In this document: positions 1 through 14,140 of the stretch, piece by piece
Numbering within the stretch: the stretch's first letter is position 1
Layout of the letters: each line of letters begins with the position of its first letter
Assembly (NCBI GenBank): GCA_964016885.1
Contig: OZ024745.1
Span: forward strand, 32,488,001-32,552,000
Origin: Eledone cirrhosa
Taxonomy: Eukaryota
Direction of reading: 5' to 3'
Length of the DNA: 64,000 bases
The notes under the pieces: model-generated
The model's input: only the letters and a program-made list of their open reading frames with translations
What the model was told of the DNA's origin: nothing
Databases searched by the model: none
Made by a program: the position numbers and the translations under genes

Positions 1-211
1 GTTTGTTTGTTTATAAACAAACAAACCGAGCATTATAATAAATGTTGGTAAACCGATACGTGCATATATATGTGTGTGCATGTATGTATATATATACATA
101 CTACTGTACGTCTGTATACATATATGTATGTACGTATACATACATACATACTTACATTTAAGTAAGTGGCGTACTAAGAGTGAGAAATGAAATTTCATTT
201 CATTCTATTCC

Positions 212-397
<186 letters not shown>

Positions 398-436
398 GAT
401 ATTAATAAATGGAAACTATATTTGTAAAACCATATC

Positions 437-497
437 TATTTTATTATATATATTTCAAGGGTACCAACATTTTGGTACGCTCTCATCAGATAAAATA
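437..497 (-). ncRNA. Minimal type-I hammerhead ribozyme (family H1, copy 1)
   Basis: Minus strand reads tattttat-CTGATGA-GAGCGTACCAA aatg TTGGTACCCTT-GAAA-T ATAT ATA-ataaaata. This gives an 8-bp stem I, intact CUGAUGA/GAAA core, long stem II, 2-bp stem III with palindromic loop and an AUA cleavage triplet. It is followed by ~45 nt and then (TA)n. Confidence 0.85.
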
Positions 498-539
498 CAA
501 AATCTGTTTTATAAATGGTGACATACCCAAGAAACCAGA

Positions 540-1290
540 CCATATCGGTTCAGGTTGGATAGTGAAAGAAAAATTTCAAATCTTTAGGATGAATATGTAA
601 ATGAGCTTGAAACGTAAGGCTGAAAAAAGATCGTTATATCTAGACGCTAGGTAAATTTAAATAATTATTAGGATAATTTATAAATGGAAGAAGAAAAAAA
701 GAGAAAAAGAAAAATAGAGAAAAAGAAAAAAAGAAAAAAAGAGAGGCTAATATTAGTATTAGGGTGTAAGAAAATTTAAGATTATAGAAAAAATTATATT
801 TAGAAATACACTATTATTATTAAGATAAAAATGTATGGGTCATATCAGTGATGGTGTATAGAGAGTGATATAATTATATTTAATTATTTAATTATATAAT
901 CATATATTTTGGTAGTATCTATAAAATAATATGAGAGTTAAGAATGTGTTGAAGTGGTAGAATACCAATTTAAAATTTCTTTTAAAAATTGAGATATACA
1001 ACAAATTATTGGATCTATTCAAATCATGAGTTATAATATTATATAGATAATATTTGTAAGTATATTTTAAGGTTGTAAGTATATTTTAGTTTATTATATT
1101 ACAACGGGTTATTTATATAAGTATGTATATAAATATTTTTGGTGAGTATATATGTTGTTATTTTCACTAGAAAGATAAATTAAATATTTTTATATATGTT
1201 ATATATGTTATATATGTTATATATGTTAAGGGTTACGAAGAATTTTGTGTTTACATTTCCAATATATAGTTAAGAAAAGGACGTAGTTAT
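540..1290 (-). pseudogene. Highly decayed Penelope-like RT remnant
   Basis: Scattered minus-strand peptide traces [12 protein letters not shown] and FYLNNNSVFLN occur in the same order as LKPFLKHI, NLYS and FILENNYFVFN of the PLE RT at 5494-7305. No intact ORF; lies between two hammerheads on the same strand. Confidence 0.4.
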
Positions 1291-1336
1291 AAATTTTATT
1301 TGAGAAGATTATTTTGTACATATATATTTATATATA

Positions 1337-1476
<140 letters not shown>

Positions 1477-1508
1477 TATAGTTATGTAATAAACAACATA
1501 AGATAATA

Positions 1509-1569
1509 TTTCATTTACCAGTGGTTTCTTGAAAGCAAACGAAATTTGCTCTCAGTCATCAGAATGAAA
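1509..1569 (-). ncRNA. Type-I hammerhead ribozyme
   Basis: Minus strand reads tttcatt-CTGATGA-cTGAGAGCAAA tttcg TTTGCTTTCAa-GAAAC CACTG GTA-aatgaaa. 7-bp stem I, intact core, GUA cleavage site; C.A mismatch at the base of stem II. Confidence 0.8.
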
Positions 1570-1691
1570 AAATCCTGGTGTATTTATTGACAGTGGATTT
1601 TAAAAACAAAAATATAATCTATATGAAAGTGAGGCTGGAAAAGGAAGAAGGAAAGGAAAAATAATAAATATAAAAGTAGATAAACACACAT

Positions 1692-1828
<137 letters not shown>

Positions 1829-1964
1829 TATACATACACACATACATATATATATATATATATACGTCAATACTCATCTTTTTCCATTTATCTGAGGGTT
1901 CTAAAGCCATTATCAGGCTAAAATTCCTTTAGTCAAAAATACGGTGAAAGCTATTTTATTTTCT

Positions 1965-2004
1965 AATTTCAAACCTGCTCACTGTTTCAAAACATACTTA
2001 CTTG

Positions 2005-2080
<76 letters not shown>

Positions 2081-2115
2081 ATGTGTGTGTATGTGTATGT
2101 ATGTGTGTATGTATA

Positions 2116-2192
<77 letters not shown>

Positions 2193-2211
2193 ATATATGT
2201 ATATATATGTG

Positions 2212-2290
<79 letters not shown>

Positions 2291-2349
2291 ATGTAAATAT
2301 ATATGTGCATATGTATGTATATATATGTATGTATATGTGTGTGTATATA

Positions 2350-2380
<31 letters not shown>

Positions 2381-2385
2381 GTGTG

Positions 2386-2438
<53 letters not shown>

Positions 2439-2816
2439 ATGTGTGTGTATATATGTGTTTATATATGTGTATATATATATATATATGTATATGTATATGT
2501 ATATATGTGTTTATATATGTATGTGTGTATGTATGTATATATATATGTGTATATATATGTATATATATATATGTGTATATATATGTATATATATATATAT
2601 ATATCCTCTATTTTGTTTGACCTGTTTAGCTTGATTTGTTTTTTTGCTTAACTGGTTAATGCCTTCTTGACCACTTTTTCAGCTTTTTCAGTTTGTATGG
2701 CGTTTTAACATATTGTTTAGCTCTAGTTTTCTTAACTATTGGAGCGCTTGCCAGCATTTCTACGATTTTGCGTTTCGTTTCGCTTTTTCTACCAGCCGAA
2801 ATACGATTCTCTCTGA

Positions 2817-2889
<73 letters not shown>

Positions 2890-2909
2890 TATTTATTTAT
2901 ATATATATA

Positions 2910-2965
<56 letters not shown>
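1965..2965. repeat. Compound (TA)n/(TG)n/(TATG)n microsatellite block (representative; such tracts occur throughout the window)
   Basis: Directly visible dinucleotide and tetranucleotide runs; source of the YIYI/VCVC/HTHT ORFs. Confidence 0.95.
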
Positions 2966-2966
<1 letters not shown>

Positions 2967-3400
2967 CCACACACACCACCTTCAGCCCTCCCCGCTCAGA
3001 CACCCCGTCTCCCTCTCCCCACTCCACCCGCCACCACCCCTACTTACCCCACACCCTTCCACCACCTGTTTACCCCCCCCCCCTTTTAATTTCAGTTTAT
3101 TTTGATCATGCCTTTATTTTTAAATTTTCTCATTCCTTGTATTTTGATCATGCTTTATTTTTATTTATTATATTTTTTGTCTTTATTTGTTAATTTTTCA
3201 TTCGCACCGTTTCCTTTCGCTATATGTCTCTCCACCACCCCCCTACACACCTTTTGAACTCTGTTCCCACACACTTCTCACCTGAAGAAGGGCTTATGCC
3301 CGAAACGTCGTCCCCCACCTACCCCCCACTCTCCTGAGCGTGAATTTAATAAACATTTATTGTACTGCCTCTCTGTTCTGTCCCTGTTCAAATTTTTCAT
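2966..3400 (+). mobile_element. Short PLE-terminal-repeat-like element with hammerhead-like core at 3282-3311
   Basis: CTGAAGA-A-GGGC TTAT GCCC-GAAAC GTC GTC, then AATAAA and (TA)n; stem I is not obvious. A related fragment lies at ~36410-36530. Confidence 0.5.
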
Positions 3401-3442
3401 TATATATATATATATATATATATATATACGTATTTGTGTATA

Positions 3443-3561
<119 letters not shown>

Positions 3562-3581
3562 GTACGTATGTGTGTATATGT

Positions 3582-3640
<59 letters not shown>

Positions 3641-3647
<7 letters not shown>

Positions 3648-3885
3648 AATTAAAAAGAACAGAAAGATGCAGTAAAAGAGATTTATTCGGTTCTTACGTA
3701 CGTTTCAATAGACATCAATTTGCCTAGATCTCGCTATCGATTGTGCATTGGATATCGAATGCTCTACTAAATATATAATATTATAGATGTAGCGAGATCT
3801 AGGCAAATTGATGTCTATTGAAACGTACGTAAGAACCGAATAAATCTCTTTTACTGCATCTTTCTGTTCTTTTTAATTCTTTATA
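3641..3885. repeat. Inverted repeat, 96-bp arms, 53-bp spacer
   Basis: 3641-3736 is the reverse complement of 3790-3885. The arm contains GAAAC GTAC GTA and AATAAA; the left end abuts (TA)n. Confidence 0.9.
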
Positions 3886-4028
3886 CACGCCCCGGAATAT
3901 AGCTAAATTGGAATATACACCTTTTTTCTGCATTTCGTTGAGCACCATTCTGTTGTAAGCTGACATTCCACTACACGGTACATAACACTGCGTCCTGGAA
4001 AACATTAATGCACGCGTGCATAACCAAT

Positions 4029-4090
<62 letters not shown>

Positions 4091-4179
4091 CGTGTGTGTG
4101 TGTATGTGTATTTATGTATTTTGTATATGTTTATATATGTGTATTTCTGTAGATGTGTTTGTATATGTTTGTATATGTG

Positions 4180-4640
<461 letters not shown>

Positions 4641-5493
4641 TAGGTTTGTCTCGGCTGATTGAGAAGTCACTGAAAAATAAGTCTTTCAAGACAAATATGT
4701 GTGTGTGTGTGTGTATAGTAGTAGTAAAGAGGTTCGTTGTTGTGATAATGGTCAGCAGGGATGTGTGTGCAAACCGCAGCCTGTTGACAGTTCAAATGCC
4801 AATTAAGACAAGTGTGTGTGTGTGTGTGTGTGTGTGTAGCAGAGTAATTTGTGGTAGAGGGATGGTCAGTAGGAATGTGTCTATACGTGTGTGGGGGATA
4901 TTTTAACATGTTAAAAGATATTTTTCAGCTCTTGCCTTATACGGAGAAGTGTGTGTGTGTGTATATGTCTCTTTGTATGTTAATGTACGCGTGTGTATGT
5001 GTGTGTGTATATATGTGTGTGTGTGTGTATGTGTGTGTGTGTGAGAATGTGTGTGTGTGGACCAGTATTTTTGTGATACTGGTAAAAATGGTGTACATTA
5101 TTCGATATTTTCAGTAAAAACGATTCACTCAATAGAACATCAAAAACCTTAATAATAAAAGGTGTGAAATGATATATAGTATTGGCATAATACTGAGGTG
5201 TGTGTGAGTGTCCAGATTGTACGTACTGCAAGGGGAATCCGTTAGGCCTTGCTGTATTGGAATACTTGTGTGCAAATATGTGTGCCCATCAGTGTGCAAT
5301 GCATGTGTGCGTATATGTATGTGTGTGTGTCGGGACGTTTATATATATAGACATCAAAAGGTATGCAAATTTGTGTATATTTGTGTTGCACCATAGAACA
5401 TGTGTGTTTACGTATGTCATTGTGTTTATATGTGGATAGAGATGTATGCTGATGTAAGTATGTATGTTGACGTGTGTATGTTGTGGGTTCGTC

Positions 5494-7420
5494 TTAGGGA
5501 GAAGTGTTTAGACGGGGTCTGTATTTGTTAATAAAGTGAGATTCCTTGCTGATGCGCTGGGTGTGGGTGGCATTATCTTTAAATTTGTAGAGGGGAAAGA
5601 TTCTGAAGTTGGGATGATTTTGGGCGGCACAGGTATCAATGTGTTCACTCAGTGGTATTTTCCTGTATTCCCGTATTTTAATTTGGGATCTATGGACAGT
5701 CATGCGTTGGCGGAGGCTGTTTTTGGTCTGGCCTATGTATTGTTCTCGACAACCTGAGCAAGTTAATACATATTTTAGATTTTCTGATGCGCATGTGAAA
5801 TTGTGTTTTACTATAAAACGTTGTCCTTCTTTGAAATAGAATTCCGAACCCTCTATTAGGTTGATGCATATGCCACAGTTGGGTCTATCGCATTTTTTTA
5901 CTGTGGGTTTCGTTGTTGTGGTTGGCAGTACTTTGGCATGTGTTAGGACGTTTTTCATTGACTTAGATTGTCTTTTGCTCTTTATGATATTGTGTGTTCG
6001 TAGGATTTGGTTCATTCTATGGCCCTTTTTCAACACAGGGATGTTCTGGAGGATGGTGTCAAAAGCCTCATTGTTGAGGGGGTTGTGTGTGGAGATGTAT
6101 GGAAGAGCTTTTAGTTTCGGTTGATTTACTTTAGGGTGTGTAAGGTCCTGGGTACTGAGTTTTAGGGCACGTTGGATTCCATTGTCAATTAGTGATGCAG
6201 GGTAGTCCCTGCCTATGAGTGTGTCCTTTAGTTCTTGTAGCCGTAAGTAGCAGGTGTTTTTATTGGAGACTATAGTATAGATTCTCTTGGCTAAGTTGTA
6301 GGGAATATTAATTTTAACGTGTCTAGGGTGGCAAGAGTTGAAAGGAAGATATTGTTTGGAGTCTGTGGGCTTGTAGTATATGTCTGTTTCTATTTTTTTG
6401 TTATGGATCTTAATGACGATGTCGAGGAAGGGGAGTTGTTGTTGGCTGTATTCCATCGTGAAGTTAATATTCGTGTTCAGCCCATTTATAAGGGTGTGAA
6501 ATTCTTTAAGTTTCTCGATGTTTTCGTGCCAAAGGATGAAGCAGTCATCTAGATATCGCTTCCAGTTCCTTTCTATGTGTAAGTGGAGAGTGTTTCCAAA
6601 TTTGTTTAGTACTTTAGTGTAGAGGGTGATTTCCAGGTATCCCATGACTAGGTTGGCATAAGTGGGGGCTGTTTTCGTTCCCATAGCGGTCCCAGATTTC
6701 TGCCTGTAGGATTTGTTATTGAAAACGAAGTAATTGTTCTCCAAGATAAATTTGAGTCCCTCTATCACGAATTCTTTTTTGATGCGTTGTGGGAGTTCAT
6801 TGTGGTAATTATCCAGCCAGAATTGGATAGCTTCTATTCCTAGGTTGTGGGGGATGTTGGAGTATAGGTTGACTACATCGAACGTCACTAGTAGGGTTTG
6901 TTCAGAAAGGGGCATATTAGGGAGGTGGTTGAGCATATCTAGGTCGTCCCTTATATAGCTTTTGATGTGTTTGAGAAAAGGCTTGAGAAGGGTATCAATG
7001 AAGTTGCTAAGGCGGTGGGTTTCGCAAGCGGGGCCTGCTATTATAGGTCTTAATTTGAGATCATTGGGTGAGAGGACATTGATGACTATGTCTGTGGCTT
7101 CCTTGCATGCCTTACTTATTAATTCGCTTTTATGTACTTTAGGGATACCGTATAAAAGGCTGGATTTACTTGTGAAGTCTGTGATGAAGCTGAATTCCTT
7201 GTTAGTGAGTCCTTCTTTGTATTGGTTGATCAGAGTTTTTAGGTTTCTCATAATTTTCTGTTGATTGTAGTGTTCAACCTTTTCGTAGTATGTTTCGTTT
7301 TCCAAAGTGGAGAGCGCTAAGTTGATATAGAATTATGTCTCCATTAGGACTACTGTACTCCCTTTATCAGCCTCTTTAATTGTAATGGTTCTGTCGGTTT
7401 TTAATTTATTTAATTCTTCC
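5494..7420 (-). mobile_element. Penelope-like retroelement ORF (reverse transcriptase + Cys linker + GIY-YIG endonuclease), 5'-truncated, one in-frame stop
   Basis: RT motifs IKEADKG, YGIPKVHK, LRPII, FDVVNLY, QKSGTAMGT and WKRYLDD; thumb YYKPT...HP; Cys linker CDRPNCGIC; GIY-YIG KYVLTCSGCREQYIGQTKNSLRQRMTVH...ESHFI. TAA at ~7333-7335 interrupts the frame upstream of the 603-aa ORF. Confidence 0.95.
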
Positions 7421-7758
7421 CATTCTTTCTTGTTGAGGTTTGGCTTGTGTTTTTGTCTGTGCAAGTGTTGGTAAGGGAATTTTGTGATGTGTCTAAAAAA
7501 TGGTTGGGGTAGAGGGGTTGTCTGCTGATGTTAAGTGGTCTCCTGTGTTTGTTATATTCCTTGTTGTTGTAAAATGTGGTTCGGGTTCGTGGTTGTAGAT
7601 TGAATGGGGTGTTCCTGTATTGCGAGTATGGATGTGTGTTTCTATGTGCCATGTTGGATTGTGGTGTTATAGGTGGCCTACGTTGTTGGTTGTATCGTGT
7701 GGTGTGGGTTTGTTGTGTATTGTGGAAGCGAGAGTATATATGTGTGTATATATATATG

Positions 7759-7864
<106 letters not shown>

Positions 7865-7865
7865 G

Positions 7866-8224
7866 ACACCTGGAATATAGCTTAAGAGAAATATGACAAT
7901 AATGATAGACACCCAATATTTTGAACTGGTTTATAGAATTCTCTTGGCCTTTGTCACTCTAAGTAGAGCTTTAAAGAATTAGCTTTTAAAGAATTTCCCT
8001 TTTCTTTAAATCCATCAACCATGACCGACCCCCAACCATCTTATAGACACCTGAAATATAGGCATTGTTAGCTTAAGAGAAACTTAAAAATAAGGAGTGG
8101 AACCCCAATCTGAACTTGTTTATAGAATTCTATCTGCCTTTGTCACTCTAAATATAAATTATAGCCTTAAAGAATTAGCTTTTAATGAATTCCCTTTTCT
8201 TTCAACCAATGACCTCCACCCATC
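7866..8224 (+). repeat. Diverged tandem duplication, ~180-bp unit x2
   Basis: acacctg.aatatag..., tttatagaattct..., gcctttgtcactctaa..., ttaaagaattagcttttaa.gaatt and cccttttcttt each occur twice, ~180 bp apart. Confidence 0.75.
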
Positions 8225-8289
8225 CCACTCTCCACTCTCTCCTACCACCTGAAAAGATATAAATACCACAACATTTATTTTGCAAAGCC

Positions 8290-8340
8290 AGATTCCTGAT
8301 GATTTCTAAAGAATGAAACAGTTCTAGTCCTGTAGAATCT
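8290..8340 (+). ncRNA. Degenerate hammerhead-like motif
   Basis: agattc-CTGATGA-tTTCT aa AGAAt-GAAAC AGTTCTA GTC-ctgta gaatct. Core intact but stem I is offset; the 3' half recurs inverted at ~17316-17342. Confidence 0.45.
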
Positions 8341-9014
8341 CATCTATATTAAAACTTTTATACTCTGCTATGTATTGAGTACCTTACTTACTGTGGTTAC
8401 CTCCGATTCAACCCGGAATAACTTACCTATATATATATATATATATAACTCGATATGCAAATTAGGCTGCTGAGCCGTTACTGTAACGGAGGCTCTGTAG
8501 GTAAATGAAAGTTAATAAATATTAAAGTTACATGTAGACAGTCTGCTGTGCACGGAAAATGTAAGTGTATTGTCATCCATGGAAAAATGTGGGTCGCTAG
8601 CTGAGATTGGAAACGAGCTTATAAAGTAAAGAAAATAAATATGTGTGTTAGAGAAATCAATTTGAATTCTGAGTTGGTAGAATGGGTGGAGAGGGGCGAG
8701 AGAGAGGGGGGGGAGAGAGATGGGATCTATCAACATAGGATTCTATGAAGCATCCTATTAGGAGACTTCCTGCTTAGCTGTCAGGCTTGATAGCCCAGCA
8801 AGATATTGTATTTCAGCTATAGTAAGCGAACATGCTAGAAAAATTATGGTTTGTGGTCGTTATTGTTTAGCTCGAAGTCAACCTGACTAAAACATCCTAT
8901 GATCAAGGTATTCCAGCCACGACTATCATATTTTTTCCTTGTGTGTAGGGATCCCAGGGCCACATTATCCAACGTACCTTTTTTTAAGACGATAGTATAT
9001 GATTTGGAGATTTA

Positions 9015-9260
9015 ATGACATCAGATAGAATACTTTGTGGTATTTGTTCCAGCTCTCTGCATTTTGAGTTCAACTTTGACTGTCATCCTTTCGAGATCGA
9101 TAAAAAAAATACCAGTCCAGTACTAAGGTCTATTCTTCTCAATTCCTCTCTCCTTCTCTGGAAAAAAAATCTGCTGTCATCGGACCTGGAGGTGGGCTCC
9201 GCTAAGTTTAAAATATCACATATGCTACTACGGCGCCTCTACGACTCTATCGGGGAACTA
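9015..9260 (+). mobile_element. Degenerate tRNA-derived SINE with extended 3' tail (CT-rich + ctggaag...acgactc)
   Basis: SINE core gtcatcctttcgagatcgataaaa...taccagt. The same tail is seen at 34810-34960, 53640-53750 and 58720-58870 (-). Confidence 0.6.
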
Positions 9261-9344
9261 AAATACTGGCAAAAGTTGGGGTGGCTTGACAGGTTGCAGA
9301 CGTTTGTGAAATGAAAGTAGTTTTTGTTCGGTGCATTTATTAAT

Positions 9345-9814
9345 ACAAGCAGAAAAACCACCCTTCGGATGGTTTTCTGCTAGTATGTGTAGTGTGTATA
9401 TTGATATTATACGCAAGTATATATGCATGTAGATATGATACATCAAATAAAATCGTAATTGACAATATACACAGAAATTGAACGAAGACTGTGTTACACT
9501 CTCTTATTTAATCAGTAACGTAATCCATGATACATTAAAAAAAATACGATATTATATATCAACTGCATTAGGAGAAAATTAGTGACGGAAATATATTGCC
9601 GTCACTAATTTTCTAGTGTAGACATTTGAAAATTTTAAAGAAGTGAATCGTTAAATAAATAATAAAATATATTTAATGAACAGCCACGAAATTTAGTAGA
9701 TAAATTATGTAATATTCATTCATTATTTATTCAAAGTAATCCAACTTATTTTACTAAGGGGATAAAAAATTATAAACCGTACGCAATCCCGCGCTTCTTA
9801 CTTTATTATAGTTT
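9345..9814 (-). mobile_element. Non-autonomous Helitron-like element, copy 1
   Basis: Near-identical to 12145-12610, with the same terminal hairpin agcagaaaa.cca...tggttttctgct; the terminal CTAG is mutated in this copy. Confidence 0.5.
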
Positions 9815-11449
9815 ATATTTAAAATACTACCTCTCAGTTAGTGATAGTAAGTAAGAGAGATTTCAGATGTTACATGGCCGAGCTATTAGCTGTTGTAACT
9901 CAGTGAGTGTCACTGCATTGAAAAGGGTATGAAAGATCTGTAGTGAAATGCATAGAAGATTGTATGTAAATTGGTGTTCGACATAGTAAGGTCTGATCAT
10001 CTTTGCCGACTAGAATGGCTAGAAATTACTTGAGGTTGTTGTTAAAATACTATATCTGGGTGTAATATGAAACATTGAGGAAAAGCCCAAAACAGCAAAA
10101 GCCAGTTTAGGATACTTATATTTTGATGTCTCACATTTTTAGTTCAAATTCCGCTTCAATCGAATTTGCTTTTCATATTCCTATGATCATTAAAATAAGT
10201 ACCAGTAATATACATTTAAATCTGTTTGCAAAAATTGCTTTGTATCTGAGAAAAATAAATCTTTCTTAATGCTCTTATTCTTTTCATTTTTCCAACATCG
10301 CTAAACAGATATCTAACAACATACATTCCACTAAGTGCAATACACCTCTATATAGACATACACTTAAGTATCAATAATAGCCTTTTTATGCCTACATTTA
10401 CATTGGCTTTATGAACACAACTAAAGGAAGATAATAGTATTATTTCAAGATGAAACACCTAAATCATTTTAATATGTCGAACTATAAATGAAAGATGTTA
10501 TAGAAGTTCCAATCCTTAGTATTCCCTGTAGTGGTTCCATTTAAATAATAAATTCAAGAAAACATCGTCTTATCCATACATATCGATTTATAGAACCATT
10601 AATCTGGCTTTAAATATATTCTAAATTGTATATGCACACCATCTTTGCGAAGGGAATTTCCTTTCTGCTAAAAAAAAAAGAAAAAATATTCAGTTTCATA
10701 TTCGCTTGAATAAGTCCTACTACATCTTAAAAGATATTTCTATCATATAATTGTTGTAACGTACTTAACACAGAATACTCTGAGGAAGTTCAAATTTAGT
10801 GCAAAAGCTAATGAGAACATTCCAAGCGTTTCCTGGATGTTTAATTTTTTTCCAGGATTTTTTTTTTTTAGTTAATGACAGAGATATTGTAATTATAGTC
10901 GTTAAGATACTATTGCACTCTTAATATATAACGACCATTTTCTTCTAGCACCACCACCCCCTCCCGCTTTAAATCAACGTAACTGATTCTGCAAAGCAGT
11001 TCTACGAATGTGTTACAAGAGTATAAAGCAATGGAATAATTTAGAAGTAATTCTAACATTTAGAAACAGAAAATAAAGAATAAGTTGGCAGACATGTCAG
11101 AAATATATCTTTACATGAGATATTATTTATGGTCGGTTTAGTGACAAACATCAAGCAAAGAAACAAAATATCTACCACGCTTGCACACACAAACAAAACA
11201 CACATACACACTAATGCATACATATACGTAACTGCACACACAAACACAGCTGTATGTTTCTAAGAATATATATATATATATGTGTGTGTGTGTATATGTA
11301 TGTATATACACATATTGACATATATACACACACATATATATACACACATATATATACATATATACACATATGTATATATATATATGTGCATACATATGTA
11401 TACATATATCTATACATATATGTATATATGTATATTATACATATATATA

Positions 11450-11538
<89 letters not shown>

Positions 11539-11669
11539 ACACACTATATATATATATATATGTATACGTACATACATATATGTATACAGACGTACAGTAG
11601 TATGTATATATACACACACATGCAGACATATATATATATATGTGTGTGCATGTGTGTATATATATACAT

Positions 11670-11790
11670 ACTACTGTACGTCTGTATACATATATGTATG
11701 AACGTATACATACATACTTACATTTAAGTAAGTGCCGTACTAAGAGTGAGAAATGAAATTTCGTTTCATTCTATTCCATATATATATATA
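11670..11790 (+). repeat. Dispersed repeat ending in (TA)n (second copy at ~95-215)
   Basis: tactactgtacgtctgtatacat...taagtaagtg.cgtactaagagtgagaaatgaaatttc.tttcattctattcca occurs at both loci. Confidence 0.8.
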
Positions 11791-11853
11791 TATTAGAAAG
11801 TGAGGTTTTTTTACAAAATGGAAAAAAAACGAGGTGTCCTACACGAGTGAAAG

Positions 11854-12140
11854 TATAAGGAAAAAAGATGAAATCGAAAATGCAACTGGAGTCTTTTTTT
11901 TTTTAATATATTTATTTGGTTCCTTTACCGGTTTCGCAGTTCTTGTACGTTTCAAAAATAGAATTGAGATGGAGGGTTTGTGGTTTTTCTCGCATCTGGT
12001 GCGAGAAAAACCACAAACCCTCCATCTCAATTCTATTTTTGAAACGTACAAGAACTGCGAAACCGGTAAAGGAACCAAATAAATATATTAAAAAAAAAAA
12101 GACTCCAGTTGCATTTTCGATTTCATCTTTTTTCCTTATA
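11854..12140. repeat. Perfect palindrome, 141-bp arms, 5-nt loop
   Basis: 11854-11994 is the reverse complement of 12000-12140. The arm contains GAAAC CG GTA aaggaacc AAATAAA. Confidence 0.95.
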
Positions 12141-12144
12141 TATA

Positions 12145-12604
12145 CTAGCAGAAAACCACCCTTCAGGTGGTTTTCTGCTAGCATTTGTAGTGTGTATATT
12201 GATATTATACGCAAGTATATATACATGTAGATATGATACGTCAAATAAAATCAATATACACAGAAATTGAACGAAGACTGCTTTACACTCTCTTATGTAA
12301 TCAGTAACGTAATCCATGATACATAAAAAAAACGATATTATATATAAACTGCATTAGGAGAAAATTAGTGACAGAAAATTAATATGTTTATTTAAGCGAT
12401 CGCCACTTGCAGTGTTGACATTTGAAGATTTTAAAGAAGTGAATCTTTAAATAAATAATAAAATATATTTAATGAACAGCCACGAAATTTAGTAGATAAA
12501 TTATGTAATATTCATTCATTATTTATTCAAAGTAATCCAACTTATTTTACTAAGGGGATAAAAAATTATAAACCGTACGCAGTCCCGCCTTTCTTACTTT
12601 ATTG

Positions 12605-12610
<6 letters not shown>
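12145..12610 (-). mobile_element. Non-autonomous Helitron-like element, copy 2
   Basis: Minus strand starts aactacaataaagtaag and ends with a 15-bp-stem hairpin and CTAG|T in a TA run. No TSD or TIR. Confidence 0.55.
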
Positions 12611-12671
<61 letters not shown>

Positions 12672-12696
12672 ATATACATATATATATATATACACA

Positions 12697-12829
<133 letters not shown>

Positions 12830-13954
12830 TATGGATGACTGTGTGTGTGTATTGCTCTAGTTATTTATTTCTCTGTATGACTTTTCTTCGAGACGTCTAT
12901 ACGCATAAATACCGAGTTTAATGGATCAAGTTATGATTATTCGAGCTGAAATAAATTTTGGTTAACTGACAAAATAAATAAATAAATAGATAAATAAATA
13001 AACAGAAATAGATAGATAGAAATAGAAATAAAACCTGCAATGTTACTGATATAAAAGTTGCTATCCATTTCAAGTTGAGTTTCAGAAGTTTTGGTAAATA
13101 GTGTATCAAAGCAAGTATGGCCGATATTTTGTTTGTATTGCTGTAGAAATAACAAGGCTGTGGATTAAATACATGTATCAATGAAACAACATCCAGCGTC
13201 TCGTTCTTTTGAGCCGAATTAGGTTTCTTACATACAATTGTTTTGTAGTTAGTTGATTCAAGAAACGTTTGGATTTTTTTCGTTTGTTTGTTGTTTTTGT
13301 TTTTCCAGGGAATCAGAATCCTGAAAGCTGTTCCTTCGCTTGAGGATTCTCTTGGGAATATTATATGAAAGAACATTTTAGTTTTCCCCTAGCAAGCAAG
13401 AGTAGAAACTGCATAATTATATTCTATAAATTTTTGTGAAGTAATTTTCTAAACTAAATTTTTCATAAACTGATGTTATTTTATTAAATTATTCCACGTG
13501 TTTTGTCATTTTCAAAATGATTTGAAACACATAAGAGGTATAATTTCATTAGAAATATGATAATGAAAGGGTTAAATTTCTCTTAAACGAAGAATACAAA
13601 AAAAAAAAAAATATCTACGTTGTTTAACGTTAGAAAAGGTGGAAAATTGGGAGAGTCAGTAGAGCGTCGGAGAAAATGCTTTGTGTATTTGTTCCGACCT
13701 TCTACATTCTGAATTCAAATATGGCCGCGGTTGATTGTGTTTTCCATCACATCTGGGTCAATAAGTAAAGTACTAATCAAATACACGATCGTTACCTCCC
13801 CTCCTCCATCTCCTCTCTCTCTCACTCACACACAGACACACATGCTCTCGTTCTCCCCCCTCCCCCTCTCTCTCTATTGGCAAGACCATGGTCGCACTAA
13901 TCATTTCACCACTAATCTGTTGATTTACTAAAGAAAAAAAAACGTACTTATAAT

Positions 13955-14140
13955 ATTTGTTTCTATTTTAGGCACAAGGCCAACAATTATCCAGTACATT
14001 ACTGGTACTTTATTTTATCGACCCCGTAAGGATGAAAGGCAAAGTTAACCTCGGCGGGATTTGAACTCAGATCATAAAGGGACGTAACTCTATGCTTCAA
14101 AGCATGGTGTCCGACTCTCTACCGATACTGCCAATCCACT
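13955..14140 (-). mobile_element. tRNA-derived SINE (Nin/Deu-core-like)
   Basis: Reverse complement has A-box-like TGGCAGTATCGG, B box GAGTTCAAATCC and core CCTTTCATCCTTACGGGGTCGATAAAATAAAGTACCAG. Confidence 0.85.

Noticed and set aside
1873-1920. CTGATAA...GAAAA on the minus strand as another hammerhead
   Set aside because: Core is mutated and there are no convincing stems.
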